Assembly (NCBI RefSeq): GCF_009914755.1
Contig: NC_060935.1
DNA from: the human T2T-CHM13v2.0 reference genome, Homo sapiens
Length of the DNA stretch: 64,000 nucleotides
Direction: 5' to 3' (one strand)
Positions within the stretch are counted from its first letter, which is position 1; each line of letters opens with the position of its first letter. The notes beneath the pieces are model-generated. The model did not search any database. It was not told the origin of the DNA and saw only the letters and a list, made by a program, of their open reading frames with translations. The translations under genes were made by a program, and so were the position numbers. Below, piece by piece: positions 46,530-61,971 of this stretch.

Positions 46530-48470
<1,941 letters not shown>

Positions 48471-49699
48471 GGGCCAAGACATGTGGCAAGACCTAAGGGA
48501 GGAAGGATGACCTCCTCCAACCAGGTATGGGGATGAATGGAACCTGTCGTTGTCTGCCCCAACACCCCTAAAGGAAGGGGAACAAAAACCTGGCTTTGGC
48601 CATGGACCCTCCAAGCCCCCCACTGCAGATGGCTGGCTATTGTAGCCCCCTGATGGGAGAGTCTACGGTATGATTTATAAGTCACTTCTTGGGTATTTAA
48701 TACATGGCCTCCATGATTGACCATTCCTTGGGGGACTGGCCTGGGGGTTCTGCCCCGTGAGTGCATCTCCCTACTAGAAGACCTCCCTTGGCCTAGCAGA
48801 TAAAGTGTGAGGAAAATGGCTGTACTTCAGTCAAGAATAGGTTGAGGTAAACATCTGATGCAAGATGACACAGCAGGATTGGAGTGCAGGCACACAGTCT
48901 CATGCATTATATAACCACAGTTATGTAACCATGTTATGGGTGAGCTTATCACCTGGCTCTGAGCCACTATTGTCTGTAAGTAACATAACTGAACTGCGCT
49001 GCTGACTCTAAGAGACAGAGCTCCTGACTGCCTTGCAAGTGGACAATGGGGAGCCAGGAAGTGGCGAGCACACCAGGGAGTGCAGCTGCAGGCATGGGGG
49101 TGGCAGAAGCCATGGAGCCAGCACTGAGAGGGGCTGGGGCTGAAGATGGTGGCCGAGACAAAAGCTGATGGAGAGAGAGAGAGTAAAGCCATATCTATCT
49201 ACCTATGGTCCCTCAAGTGTTCTTTCAGCTACCCGCCACCTTCCAACCCCTCCAGTTGAACCCCAGCTTGGGTTGGAACCTGACAGCAGGGGTTAACAGT
49301 TTGGTCCAAAATTGAAAAGCATTAAATATTAACATATCTTTTTAGCCTTTAGCTTACATAGAGTTTTATGAAAATATGCACAAAGAAGGGGGAATTATGA
49401 CTCTGGGCCAAATTTGTAATTGAAACAGTGGCTGAATTTCAAGCCTTCTAATAAGCCCTGGCTTCTCATGCTCATGTATTTGTTTCACCTGCAATTTTCC
49501 CTGAGACTCTTCAGTCATATTAACATCACAAGGAAAGTTAAAGTTTTAAAGCTGGTTCTCTCGAGGACATCTATCTTTTGATCTCCCAGAGAGATCAGAG
49601 CTTTAATCTGAAAAGGAATGATTATGATTGGACATTTGACTATTGTGCAGAGAAAGCCCTCCAGGGAAACACACCAGAAGTAACTATTGCTTTATGGGT

Positions 49700-49905
49700 A
49701 AGCATGAGGAGTGTCATGGCTAAACTGGAGGTGACAGGCAGGGAATCAAGAGTTAGGAGACAGGCTCTGCTTATTCCTGTAGACATTCAACCATGTCACA
49801 ACTTTATGCTCAACTTCTTTATCTATGAATGGGAGACTTTGCAAGGCCGTTACCAGTATTCTATGAAACAATGTGGGTGAAGTGTTTTAAAATTTCTAAA
49901 AATAC
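49700..49905 (+). mobile_element. MIR relic
   Basis: 'gtcacaactttatgctcaacttctttatctatgaatggg...aatgtgggtgaagtgtttt'. Confidence 0.45.
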
Positions 49906-50319
49906 ATATGAATATGAATGTCAATAGATTTTTATATTGATTTTCTTCAGATACAGAGATGCAAGATAAAAGCAATTAAAATATGAGGCAGCAGCAGCCA
50001 AGTTGTTATGTGATCTCAGGTTATTGCAGAGTCCTTCCTACCACAGGAAGTAGGAAACTAGCAAAAGATTAGCAATAGTGCCACTGAAAAATCTTTCAGG
50101 AATTTGTAAGTTCTCAATGCATGAGACTGCAGCAACGGACAGCACTAAGTGGGAAAAAATGTCCTTTTGATACCTTTTTCTCATATTCTGCACAATGTTT
50201 AAACACAAACTTGAAAATTTATTCTTAATCCTGCATTCTTTAGGAAGATATTCTATTCTATTATTAAACAAGTCTTCACTGAGCACCCACTGTGTGCCAA
50301 GATGTTGATTTCCACGTAA

Positions 50320-50555
50320 GGAGAGCCACTTATGTGCCAGGGATCATGTTAAACACTTTAAATAATTATCTTATTCAATTTTTATAACAATTTATAAGGT
50401 TCATGTTGATATGCCCTCTTTAATATATCAATAAATAGACTCAGAAAGATAATGTAACTAATATAATGTAGATATGAGGTAGATTTGGGCAGAATTGAGG
50501 TTTAAATCCAGTTCTGCACCATTCCAGAGGCTGTGCTCTCAAACACAATGCCCTA
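50320..50555 (-). mobile_element. MIR
   Basis: 'cacttatgtgccagggatcatgttaaacacttta...agactcagaaag...ggcagaattgaggtttaaatccagttctg'. Confidence 0.7.
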
Positions 50556-50968
50556 TTGACAGTTGAGTCTTTGGAAGTCTTTACTCTTCTTCAACTGATT
50601 TAATTAAATTTCACAAATGTCTGTAAAAGAGACACAAAATGAAATTTAATTTATGTCAATTTTCAGAATAAATTTGCCTCATCTAGCAATTTATGGGTCA
50701 GGATAATAATGAAAATACTGTGAATAAACATTTGAATGTTCTCATGCAGGAGGATTTTAAGCAATTTTATTTCATATTTAGTCCTAAACAATAGAAATTT
50801 AAACTTTGCTTTACATCCCCAACTTTTGGATTCAGACGTCAGATATTCACAGTGTTTTATTTGTCTTTCAAGACAGGAAAACAGAGATTCTTTATCTTGT
50901 AGTATACATGTATTTGTTGTAGTCCAGCTTATTCCATTGAAATACTATAAAATATGTCTCCAATTAAT

Positions 50969-52222
50969 TTATTTTTCATTCTAATTTTTATTTTAGGTTT
51001 AAGGGGTATATGTGCAGGTTGGTTACATGGGTAAATTGTGTGTCATGGGGATTTAGTGTCACCTAGGTAATCAGCATAATACCTAATAAGTAGTCTTTTC
51101 AATCCTCACCCTCCTCAAATCCTCCACCTTCAAACAGGTCTCAGTGTCTCTTGTTCCCTTCTTTGTGTCCATGTGTATTCAGTGTTTTGCTTCCACTTAT
51201 AAGAGAGAACACATGGTATTTGGTTCTCTGTTCTTGCATTAATTCACTTAGGATTATGGCCTCCAGCTCCATCTAGGCTGTTGTAAAAGCCATTATCTCA
51301 TTTTTTATAGCGCATAGTATTCTATGATAAACAGATACCACCTTTTCTTTCTCCAGTCTGACATCAATGGGCAACTATGTTAATTCCATGTCTTTGCTAT
51401 TGTGAATAGTACTGTGATGTATATACACATGCATGTGTCTTTATGGCAAAATGATTTATATTCTTTTGGGTATATACCCAATAATAGAATTGTTGGGTTG
51501 AATGGTGAGTATTTTTTAAGTTTTTTGAGGAATAGCCACACTGCCTTTTACAATTGCTGAACTAACTTAAATTCCCCCCAGCAGTGTAATGGACACGGGT
51601 ATCACTTTTATCCACAATCTCACCACAATCTGTTATTTTTTGACTTTTCAATAATAGCCATTCTGACTGGTATGGGATGGTATCTTGTTATGATTTTGAT
51701 TCACATGTCTCTGATGATCAGTGATATTGAGCATTTTTTCATATGTTTGTTGGCTACATATATGTCTTCTTTGGAGAAGTGTCTGTTCACGTCCTTTGAC
51801 CATTTTTTAAATTTTTTTTTCTTGTTGATTTGTTTGAGTTTGCTATAGTTTCTGGATATTAGACCTTTGTCGAATTCATAGTTTGCAAATATTTTCTCCG
51901 ATTCTATAAGTTGTTTGTTTACTCTGTTGCTAGTTTCTTTTATTATGCAGAGCTCTTTAGTTTAACTAGGTCCCATTTGTCAATTTTTGTTTTTGTTGCA
52001 GTTGCTTTCAGAGTTTTGTCATGAAGCCTTTGCCTGGGCCAGTGTTCAGAATGGTATTTCCTAGAATTTTTTTTCTAGTCTTTATAGTTTTAGGTTTTAC
52101 AGTTAAGTCTTTAATTCATTTTGAGTTGATTTTTGTGTATAGTGAAAGGGGTCTATTTTGAATCTTCTGCATATGTCTAGCCAGTTATCCAAGTAACATT
52201 TATTGAATAGGGATATCATTCA
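50969..52222 (-). mobile_element. L1PA15/16-type 3' fragment (~1.25 kb)
   Basis: 'ttttaggtttaaggggtatatgtgcaggttggttacatgggtaaattgtgtgtc' 3'UTR followed by the ORF2 C-terminus. Confidence 0.9.
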
Positions 52223-53109
52223 GAGTTACCAAATAAATGCCGTAAGTCACATATGATGGAATGCCTGTGAACGCCAGAAAGTAGTTGCAAGTGTGAGAGT
52301 AAAAGAGAAAGAGATAAAAATAAGTAAAATCTATTTTCAAAACTTTCTCAACAGCAATACCGATGCACTCAAATGCAGAAATGAAAACCCATAAACTGAA
52401 AATATTCAAGTCCAGAAACTGCAATGTGCAGTGTCATCAGAAGGCTTCATTTTGTGTCCAGCCCCACACAGAAGGGAAACCACAAATCACTTCAAATATG
52501 AATAACTATAAATCATAAACTTGGTTCCTTACAATTCTTCAAGATGAGTATTGCATGGGAAAAGATTTTGTATCTTGGACCAAAAAAATAGTTTTGGAGG
52601 CTTACAAATGTTTCCCAGTGATATCAACATATCACACAAGCAGGTAGCCAAATCCCAATCTTGACTTTCCATTTATCTGACATTATTTCTGTCACAGGAG
52701 AGGATCTGAGATGGTATAGAAGTGTTTGTATCCCAGCAGCAGGTGGAAGCCAGGGGATGTCTACCAAAGTTGTAAATGCATGTATTCTGTGGTGTAGCTG
52801 AGAGATAGCTGCCTCACAGAGTATGCCATGGAAAATTCTAAGGATGATGAGGCCAGACCACTCTGCATGGATCCACAGCAGGTACGCAATGGAATGAATG
52901 TGGCTGGCTGCCATTATTAAGAGGCTTTTTTTTTTTTTTTTTTTTTGCAATTGGAGCTAGGCTTTTTACTAGTACTAAAGGTGCAGAAGTGCAACTACAG
53001 AAGTTTATGCATCATATATCTATAGTAAGAGAGAAACATAACTCAATATGTTTAATTATGATGGTCAGTTTTTTCACTAGTTTATGACCACAGACACCAT
53101 AGGCCATTT

Positions 53110-53415
53110 TTAGTCTATAAAATTAGGCAATTTGTAGGATTTTCTGGTAACAGAGCTAATACACCCGTTCTAGAGGATAATTTAGCAATACATACCAAAA
53201 GCCTTAAAATGTGCATATCCTTTGTGTAGGCAATTTCAATCATAGAAATTAGTTTTAAGAAGGATTTGTTCAACTATCTAGCTAAAGAATGGTTACTCAT
53301 GACAACATTAGTCATAAGAGTAAAAATTAGAACCGATCTAGTTCCTGTATACAGAAATGGTTAATAAATTGCCATATATCAATAACTGAAATGCTATTCA
53401 GTTATTTTAATGGTC
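53110..53415 (+). mobile_element. L1ME/L1MC 3' fragment
   Basis: 'tctagaggataatttagcaata...aaaatgtgcatatcctttg...atggttaataaatt...aatgctattcagttatt'. Confidence 0.6.
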
Positions 53416-53765
53416 ACTGTCACTGTGCATTATGATTCTTAGAAATTTGAGAGTCACAGACCATTGTAAAAATAGGATAAACATTATGGGCATTCTCCTC
53501 TTCTAAAATGTACATGGACTTACCTAAAATCATGTCCAGAGATAAGAACAAAATGCGAAAATGTTCATGATTTCCCAAGTGCATTTAGGAATCTGAAGTT
53601 AAAAATTTTACATTAGTGACTATTGAATTATAAAACATTCACAATATATTAGCCGAAAAAAGTCAGAATATGTATCTTATATACAGAATTATTCCATCTT
53701 ATATTTATATGACATCTGCATCAGTGGAAAGAAACTATATCTTGAAGTTCACTTTTGTCTTTTTA

Positions 53766-54149
<384 letters not shown>

Positions 54150-55637
54150 TCACATATTTCAACAAAAATATTTTATACATAAAGTAATGATAGGTCTTAA
54201 TTTGGCAGTTTTCTGTGTTTCTGTGTAAGCCTTTTGTGCAGGTGGTAGGGGGCATGACTGAAAGTATTACAGTTAGCTGCAATTATTATAATAGAAACCA
54301 ATTCTAGCTAATTTAAGCAAAATGACCGTTTATCAAAAGGACAGACACAAGCTAGATGACAACTTCTAGAATGGTGAAGACCCACATGAATTTCTCTGCA
54401 GTGAACCAACTATAATGTAAAACATCCAACTAGTTAATCTTTGGAAATTTTCATAAGGACGTAAAACAAATGGATAAACATTTATTCAAGAAAATCTGTT
54501 GAATTTCATCAGAATTCTGTGGCACTTGAGTTACGACTCACTCTTCCTATCTTAATTCACCATGGTGTAAATTTCAGTCCAGGTAGATGAGGCCAAAAAA
54601 CAGGGCTCCTTCTGTCCCCAACACCTGCATTTCATTTAAGGACTATAGCATTTCCCTGGGAGAGGCGATTTGCCATATTTCCTTATCTTTCCAAGCTTCA
54701 TGTTGGAGAGGCTAAAATCAAACTTTCTGCAGCTGGGAGGTCAAGAACACTCCTTTTCCACACAGTCCTGAAAAAATTAGAGCAATAAGCCAGTAATTAG
54801 TTAGCCTAATAGCTGAGTGTTATACCAACAGAAGCACACAGATTAAAAAAGAGATCAAAAATAGAGGTAACAAGAACCCTGCTAACACCACTGTAATCTC
54901 ACAAACACTAGACACATGCCCCACACTCTACTTTTTGAGGAGTGAAGATAAAGTCTACACATTGTGGGAGATAATAGGCTTTATCCAAATAGCCTAACCA
55001 AAGAACTAAACAAATAGATAAGCCAATAACAATAAGCCCTGGATGTGGTCAGTAGGAAGTTAGCAAAATACATTATCTAAAATGGGCATATTAAATAAAA
55101 ATTATGATGATAAATGAACAGGCAATAGAAACTGCCTGTCAGAGGGGTCAGATGTAAAACTTAGCAGACAGAAACTTCCAAGAAGCCATTATAATCATGC
55201 TCAAAGAAATAAAGTTATAAAAGTAAACCATAATTACACAAGAAAAGACAAAAATTCCAAACATAGAATGTAAAGTGATAAATGTCATAGAAGGTCTGAA
55301 TAAAAATTCTATATTTGAAAAGTAAAATCATAAAAGAGAAACTCACTGGAGGGTCCCAACAATAGATTTGAATATAGTTTAATAGAGATTATGTTATCCT
55401 CAGAAAAGAGGGAGAAAAAAAGATGTGAGAAAAATGAATATAATCCCAAAGAAATATAGGCAAATATTAAGCAGAAAAAACCTATGTATAATTGAAATAC
55501 TAGAAAAAGAGAGGGAGAAAAGAACAAAATAAATATTCAAAGAACTAATACCTTAAAATGTCCCAAGTTTGATGAAATTATAAAGCTAACATCAAAGAAG
55601 TTCAAGAAACTTTACCTAAAATAAGCCAAAAGGATTG

Positions 55638-55935
55638 GGTCAGGCATGGTGGCTCATTTCTGTAATCCCACCACTTTGGGAGGCAGGGACAGGAGGATTG
55701 CTTGAGGCCAGGAGTTAGAGACCAGCCTGGGCAACATAACAAAAACCCACCTGTATAAAAAATAAAACATTAAAAAAATTAGCCAGACACAGGTACATGT
55801 TTGTGGTCCTAGCTACTCTGGAGGCTGAGGAGGGAGGATCACTTGAGCCCAGGGGTTCAGGATTACAGTCACCTACGATTATACCACTGTACTCCAGCCT
55901 GAGCAGGGTGAAAGAGCAGGATCCCATCTCAAAAA
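55638..55935 (+). mobile_element. AluJ
   Basis: J diagnostics 'gaggattgcttgaggccaggag' and 'gaggatcacttgagccc'. Confidence 0.93.
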
Positions 55936-56259
55936 GAGATTCAATCTAGACACTTTTCAGTAAAAATATTGAGAGGAAGAGAGAAAAAATCTTGAGAGTA
56001 CCAAGAGAAAAAATAACATATCAGATAAAAAGAAACCCCGATAGTATTTATAGTTAATTTCTCATCAGAAATAACAGATACCAGAAGGCACTGGGGTGAC
56101 ATATTCAAAGTGCTGAAAAATACACTTTTAAGCAAGAATGTTATATTAAGCAAAAGCAAAACAAGGTTTTAAAATTAAGGCAAATAAAAACATCCCCAGA
56201 TAAAGAAACACTGAAAGAAGTTGTTGCTCACAAATCCACCTTACAAAAAATACTAAAGA

Positions 56260-56535
56260 GGCCAGGTGTGGTGGCTCTCTCTTGTAATCCCAGCACTTTG
56301 GGAGGCCGAGGCAGGTGGATCACGAGGTCAGGAGTTCGAGACCAGCCTGACCAACATGGTGAAACCCTGTCTCTACTAAAAATACAAAAATTAGCCAGGC
56401 ACAGTGGTGCACACCTGTAATCCCAGCAACTCAGGAGGCTGAGGTAGGAGTGACCTGAGATCATGCCACTGCACTCCAGCTTGGGTGACAGAGCAAGACT
56501 CTGTCTCAAAAAAAAAAAAAAAAAAAAAAAGGGAA
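56260..56535 (+). mobile_element. AluS with ~30-bp deletion in the right arm
   Basis: Alu dimer lacking AATCGCTTGAACCCGGGAGGCGGAGGTTGC; degenerate TSD aaatact(aa/gc)aga. Confidence 0.94.
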
Positions 56536-59500
56536 AAGAAATACTGCAGAAAGTTCTTCAGAAAGCAAATGATCCTAAAAAGAAATGTTCAAATCCATGC
56601 GTGTGCACACATATGCAATGAAGAGTACTGGTAAAGGTAATTATGTAGACAATTAGACTGTGTAATTACATTTCATCTCCTTTCATCTCTTAATTTCTTT
56701 AATTATCAATTATATAAAGTAATGTGTATATAATTTTACTGTTGAGCCTGTGACATATAGAAATGTAAAATATTTGGCAATAAAAGCAAAAGGAGGTGGG
56801 TGAGAGCAAAGCTATATTGGAAAAAGGAAATGACACCAGAGAGTAACTAGAATTCACAGGAACAAGTAAAGAAAACCAGATATGGTAAATAAGAAAGTTA
56901 TTATTACAAACTCTACAATTATATGCTTGATGTTATTTCTTCTCTCAGCTTTATAAAAAATTAAAATTATATAAAATAATAATTTTTACAACAGAGTGTT
57001 GGATGTGTAACACATACTGATGTAGCATGTATATCAATAATGTTACATAAAGGAGGAAGAAGAAATAGACCTATATAGTAACAATGTTTTGTATTTCATT
57101 GGAATTAAATTAGTAAAAATTTGTAGAGGATTAGGGTAAGATAAGATATATATGGTAACCCCCAAAGGAAACACTAAAAATTTTTAATAAATAAAAATTT
57201 ATAAAAGGAATAAAAATATTGTACAAGAAAATATTCACTTATCCTAAAAGAAAACCATGAAGAAGGAATAGAAGAACAAAGAAGACATGAACAAAATAGA
57301 AAATAAAACCAAAAGAGAAGATCATGTTCTAACTTATGAGAAATTATCCTAAATGCAAATGAATTAAACACTTCAATCAAAAGGCAATGGGATGCAGTGA
57401 AAGTAGCCATGCTTACAGGGAAATGTATAACTATGTTGGATATATTTAATGAGTAGAAAGATAACACATAGAAAACTTAACCTTTAATGTTGACACTGAA
57501 CACCAAAAAAAAAAAAAAAAAGCACATTAATGCTAGAGCAAGCACGTGGAAAGAAATAATAAGGATTAAGGAGAAATTAGTGAAACATGGAATAGTAAAA
57601 CAAAAGAGAAAATCAACAAAATTAACATTAGTTCTTTGACTGTATCAATGAAATTGATGAAATGTAAGCTAACCTAACCAAGACAATAAAGGTAGAAGAC
57701 TAAGTCAGAAAGGAAAGAGGGCACTAATGACTTTCGAGAAGTAAAAGGGATCATAAGGGAATATATATGACAAACCATTGTATACCCACAAACTAGATAG
57801 AAGAAATGGACAAGTTCCTAAGAAGACAAAACAACGACAACTTATTTAAGAAGAAATGGAAAATGTAAATAGGCCTATAACTAATAAATCAAGAGACTCA
57901 ATTGGTACTTTAAACATTTCCCAGAAAATAAAAAAAGTACAGGCTTGTTGTATAAGGCCAGTATTATCCTAAACCAGATAAAGATATCATAAGAAAAATA
58001 GCAGACTAAATCCAGGGAACATGTAAATAGAATGATGTACCATGATAAAGTGGGATTTACCCCAGGAACACAAGTTTGTTTTAACATCTGAAAATCAATG
58101 TAATACACTGTATCAAAATACAAAAACTGCATGAGTATCTCAATAAATACAGAAAAACATTTGACAAAATCCAACACATTTTTAATAAAAAATACTTAGT
58201 GATCTAGGAATTGAAAGAAACTTCCTCAACCTCATAAAAGGCATCTACAAAAATCTAGGACTAAGATCATAGTTAATGGGGAATGACTGAGTGATCATAA
58301 AAAATACAAAGATATTGACTCTTGCTATTTCTTTCTAACATTGTAATGGAAGTTCTAGGCAAAATAATTAAGCAAGAAAAGGAAATAAAAGGTAGTTTAT
58401 GTCTTAACAAGAAATAAATTAAACTATTTTCAGATGACATTATCTTATATTTAGAAATTTCAAAGGAAACTAGTAAAAAATAGAATAAATGAGTTTAACA
58501 AGGTTGCAGAACAAAATATTGATATACAAAAACCAATTATCTGTATATATATTAGCAGTGAACAATCTGCAATGATTCTGTGTACAATAGCATTAAAAAT
58601 AATATAACACTTAAAAATATATTTAACAAAGCCAGTGAAAAAATTATATGCTGTGAACTATAAAACATTGTTGAAAGAAATTAAGGAAAAACTAGAGAAG
58701 TGGAACAAACCTTGTTTCTGGATCAGAAGACGTAGTTATTATTAAGATAGCAACACTCCCCAAGTTAATCTACAGATTCAAAACAAACATTATCAAAATT
58801 TCAGCTGAATTTTTTTTGAAGAATTTGACAAGCTAATACTAAAATTTATATGAAAATGGAAGGGATTAAGAACAGCCAAAACAATCTTGAAAAAGGAAAA
58901 CAAGGTTTAGGGACTCACACATCCTCGTTTTAAAACACTGCAGCTTGAATTGCCACCATTTTAATCAGTAGAAAAGTGAAGGACCTGCTGCCTTTATTGT
59001 TGTTGCAAGAAAAAACTTCCTCTTATGTCAGTAGCTCTAGGATGAACTATGATGATTAGCTAAGCTTAGGAACACCTTTCTAAACATGTTGGTCAAAAAT
59101 CTGGGAAAGTGAGGAGAGTGTCTCAAGCCAAATAATCGCAGGCAAGATCAGCCTTTAGTTAGTACTTACAAGGTAAGGAATCCCTCAAATATAGAAAAAA
59201 ATGTGCTGATACTGGGCAATCAAAACATGAAAAATGTCCACCCTGATATGAATATGGATGTGGGTACTCTAATTTAAAACAAACTGTGAAGGCCCCTACA
59301 TATATATTCATTAAAAAGTTCTACAAGTTTTTAATACCAAAATCTTAAGCAGCTGAGACATTTTCTTCTTTTTCTGTCAATCAGTATTTTCTAAATATTT
59401 TAAACAATGAAATAATATTTATTTTTAATAGAAAAATTATTTTATTTTAATTATTTTTAAAAATGATAACCCAAATAGTTTTCAGTCACTGCTTTATTTT

Positions 59501-60439
59501 TTATAACTTTTAATTCCTCTAAGTATTCATAGGAACACCCAACTTGAATACTATAGCAATTCCTTCACAAGCATGTTTTTTAATTTTAATTAAATTGATG
59601 ATATATGCATGGCACATTGAAAATAAAAACGATGCTTTTCACTTGTACATTTTGGAAAGCTGCACATATCATCATCATATCTGTCATTAATGATTCAATC
59701 ATATACTCATAAATCTTCCATGAACAGTGTAGTCTATTTCTAATGAAAGCTTTCAGTTTAGAATAAGAAGCATTCGACTGAGGCATTTTCAAAGTTTTCT
59801 TTCATTCAAATTGCTGAGGAAGCTTTAAGTGCCCTGCTGTCCAAATGACTTAGTGAAATTAATGATCCAGATTCAAAGTTAAAGCGTCCGTATTCTTTCT
59901 GGAAACTAAATCAGAACACCAGAAACTGGGAGAAAGCATGCCAGGGAGTTGCACTAATAAGCCTGTGATACCAGTGCTTTTCTAAGGCACCAATAAATCA
60001 ACATTATTTCAAATTCCCTTGGTTCCCTAAAAAGAGCAATTATGCTAGTCAATATAGTAGGGTTGGGCCTGGAATCTGAATCATATGCCAAGTGTGGTAG
60101 AAATGTTTTTATTGAAGCTCTCAGGCAACAGTTTAAATAGTTTTTCAAATGAGATATGATTTTGGGATAAAGTTAAAAACACAGAAAGTGCAGTTTAATA
60201 AGCTGGACTGTTCATAGCCGGACAGTTACTAGGTGTCTGACCTTAGAAACCATTACAGAAAGAAAATATTACATGAAAACAGGATGCATTAAAACAATGA
60301 GACTATATTCCACCCAAACCAGAAAGATAAATACATTGTATATATCTATAACTTTACTCCACAGGCAATTGGAGGGATGAATGCACATAATTTAATAAAT
60401 ATAATTAACTTTTAAGAGGGCTCTTTCTCTGGGTTATTT

Positions 60440-60512
60440 ATGTATTTATTAATTAATACAGCAAATATTTACTGACCACCTACCATGTGCCTGGCATTCT
60501 AGTGATGTTTGT
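60440..60512 (-). mobile_element. L2 3' end
   Basis: 'cagcaaatatttactgaccacctaccatgtgcctggcattct'. Confidence 0.7.
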
Positions 60513-60587
60513 ATGCACGTGGCAGCAGAATGAGGAATAATGAGGTGGAGGTTGTACATAAAGCCAAGTAGCTCATATTATTGAGGG

Positions 60588-60694
60588 GTGTGTGTGTGTG
60601 TGTGTGTAGAGTAGCTCAAAAGATGCATATGAAAATATCATACACACACACAGACACACATACATAGAAACACACACAGATACACACACACATG

Positions 60695-60739
<45 letters not shown>
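60588..60739. repeat. (GT)10 followed by compound (CA)n including (AC)21
   Basis: Seen directly. Confidence 0.95.
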
Positions 60740-60741
<2 letters not shown>

Positions 60742-60914
60742 ACCAAAACATAAGGGGTTCTATCATCCTTATTTAGAATTTTGGGAGTCCAGAGAGAGTC
60801 TGATTCAATTTCTGCACTTATTTTAATGTAACATACTAAAACTTCTAGTAGGCCTTTTAGCTATATGGTCACTAAGGTATTTTTTAACTTGAAAATTTTA
60901 AAATTATTCTATAT

Positions 60915-61576
60915 ATCAGTTATATCAATAAATTTGAATAGGCTGAAGTCACCTATTAAAAAGAAAATTATTTTCAAAATTGTCTAGCAAAGAAATACCC
61001 AACTATAATCTGTATACCAGAGACATGTCTAAAGAATAATACAAAAAGGCTAACAAAACCGTGGAAAATATATATACTAGGCAAATAGAAACAATAAAGT
61101 AGACATTATTTTGCTGATTTCAAAGTGTAATTTGCATTAAGAAGTATCAAATTCAACAAAGGACGCTTTTACTAATGCTAAAGCCAATAATTTAGAATAA
61201 TTATATAAGTTATATACACAAAATGATAGTAATTATCTTCATAAAGAAAAAATTACAGGAAATACATGAATACATAGATAAAAATACACTAATATAAGAA
61301 CAATTTTAAATTCCACTTTCTGTACAAGACATATCAGTGGCCAAAAAAGCAAGTAAGAATACAGAGGACCTGATCAACCTAATCAGTAAGGACAACCTTA
61401 TGGCTACATATTGAAGTATACATCCTGATAATAGCAAACACACATTCATCTTAAGAATATTGGAACTGTCACAAAATATAATCATATGTGGGGAATTTAA
61501 GAAAACTAGTAAGTTCTATAAAGTAGAAATATTATAACAGCATACACTAGTATCACAATAGAATAAAACTAGGAAC
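60915..61576 (+). mobile_element. Ancient L1M ORF2 endonuclease fragment
   Basis: 'cacctattaaaaag...cccaactataatctgtataccagagaca...cacattcatcttaag...tatcacaatagaataaaactagga'. Confidence 0.7.
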
Positions 61577-61971
61577 TGTTAAAATAAAATTAAAATGAAG
61601 ACCAAGCCTGAAAAATTCCTGGCAAACAAAACCAAATAGACCTTAAAAATAGCCTGAACCTTGCTTAAACTGCAAGCGTAAGTGGAACTTTCCATGGGAC
61701 ATTTCTGATAAATGCTTATGTTAGACAGAAACAAAATCCTGCTAATGATGAGCAGCCAGCTAACATGTGGTTATGTGACTAGAGACTTTTCAATAAGGTA
61801 AACCAAAAAAGGGCAATTTGTAACTACAACCAACCATTGACCCTGTAAATACTTGTCTATGTCACCTTGTCATTGGAACACTAAACCTCTTTCAGCTTGG
61901 CATTTCCTGATTCAAGAATTGCTTACTTAAACTCTTTAAAATTGTATTATGCCTAAGAGTTTTCTTTTACA
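61577..61971 (+). mobile_element. ERV1 (MER4/MER34 group) 5' LTR
   Basis: TGTTAAAA...TTTTACA termini immediately followed by a PBS; exact family not determined. Confidence 0.8.

Larger units (their letters stand above)
54420..58935 (+). mobile_element. L1MB-type element (5'UTR, ORF1, ORF2 with deletions; 3' end absent)
   Basis: A-rich sense strand; 'ccagaaggcactggggtgacatattcaaagtgctgaaa' (ORF1); 'aagtgggatttaccccagg', 'tttcagatgacattatc' (RT). Confidence 0.88.
54255..59242 (-). mobile_element. Ancient ERVL/MaLR LTR split by L1MB (pieces ~54255-54415 and ~58935-59242)
   Basis: 'agaaaccaattctagctaatttaagcaaaa...tttat' and 'gattagctaagcttagg...tactgggcaatcaaaac...aatgtccac' motifs. Confidence 0.45.
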
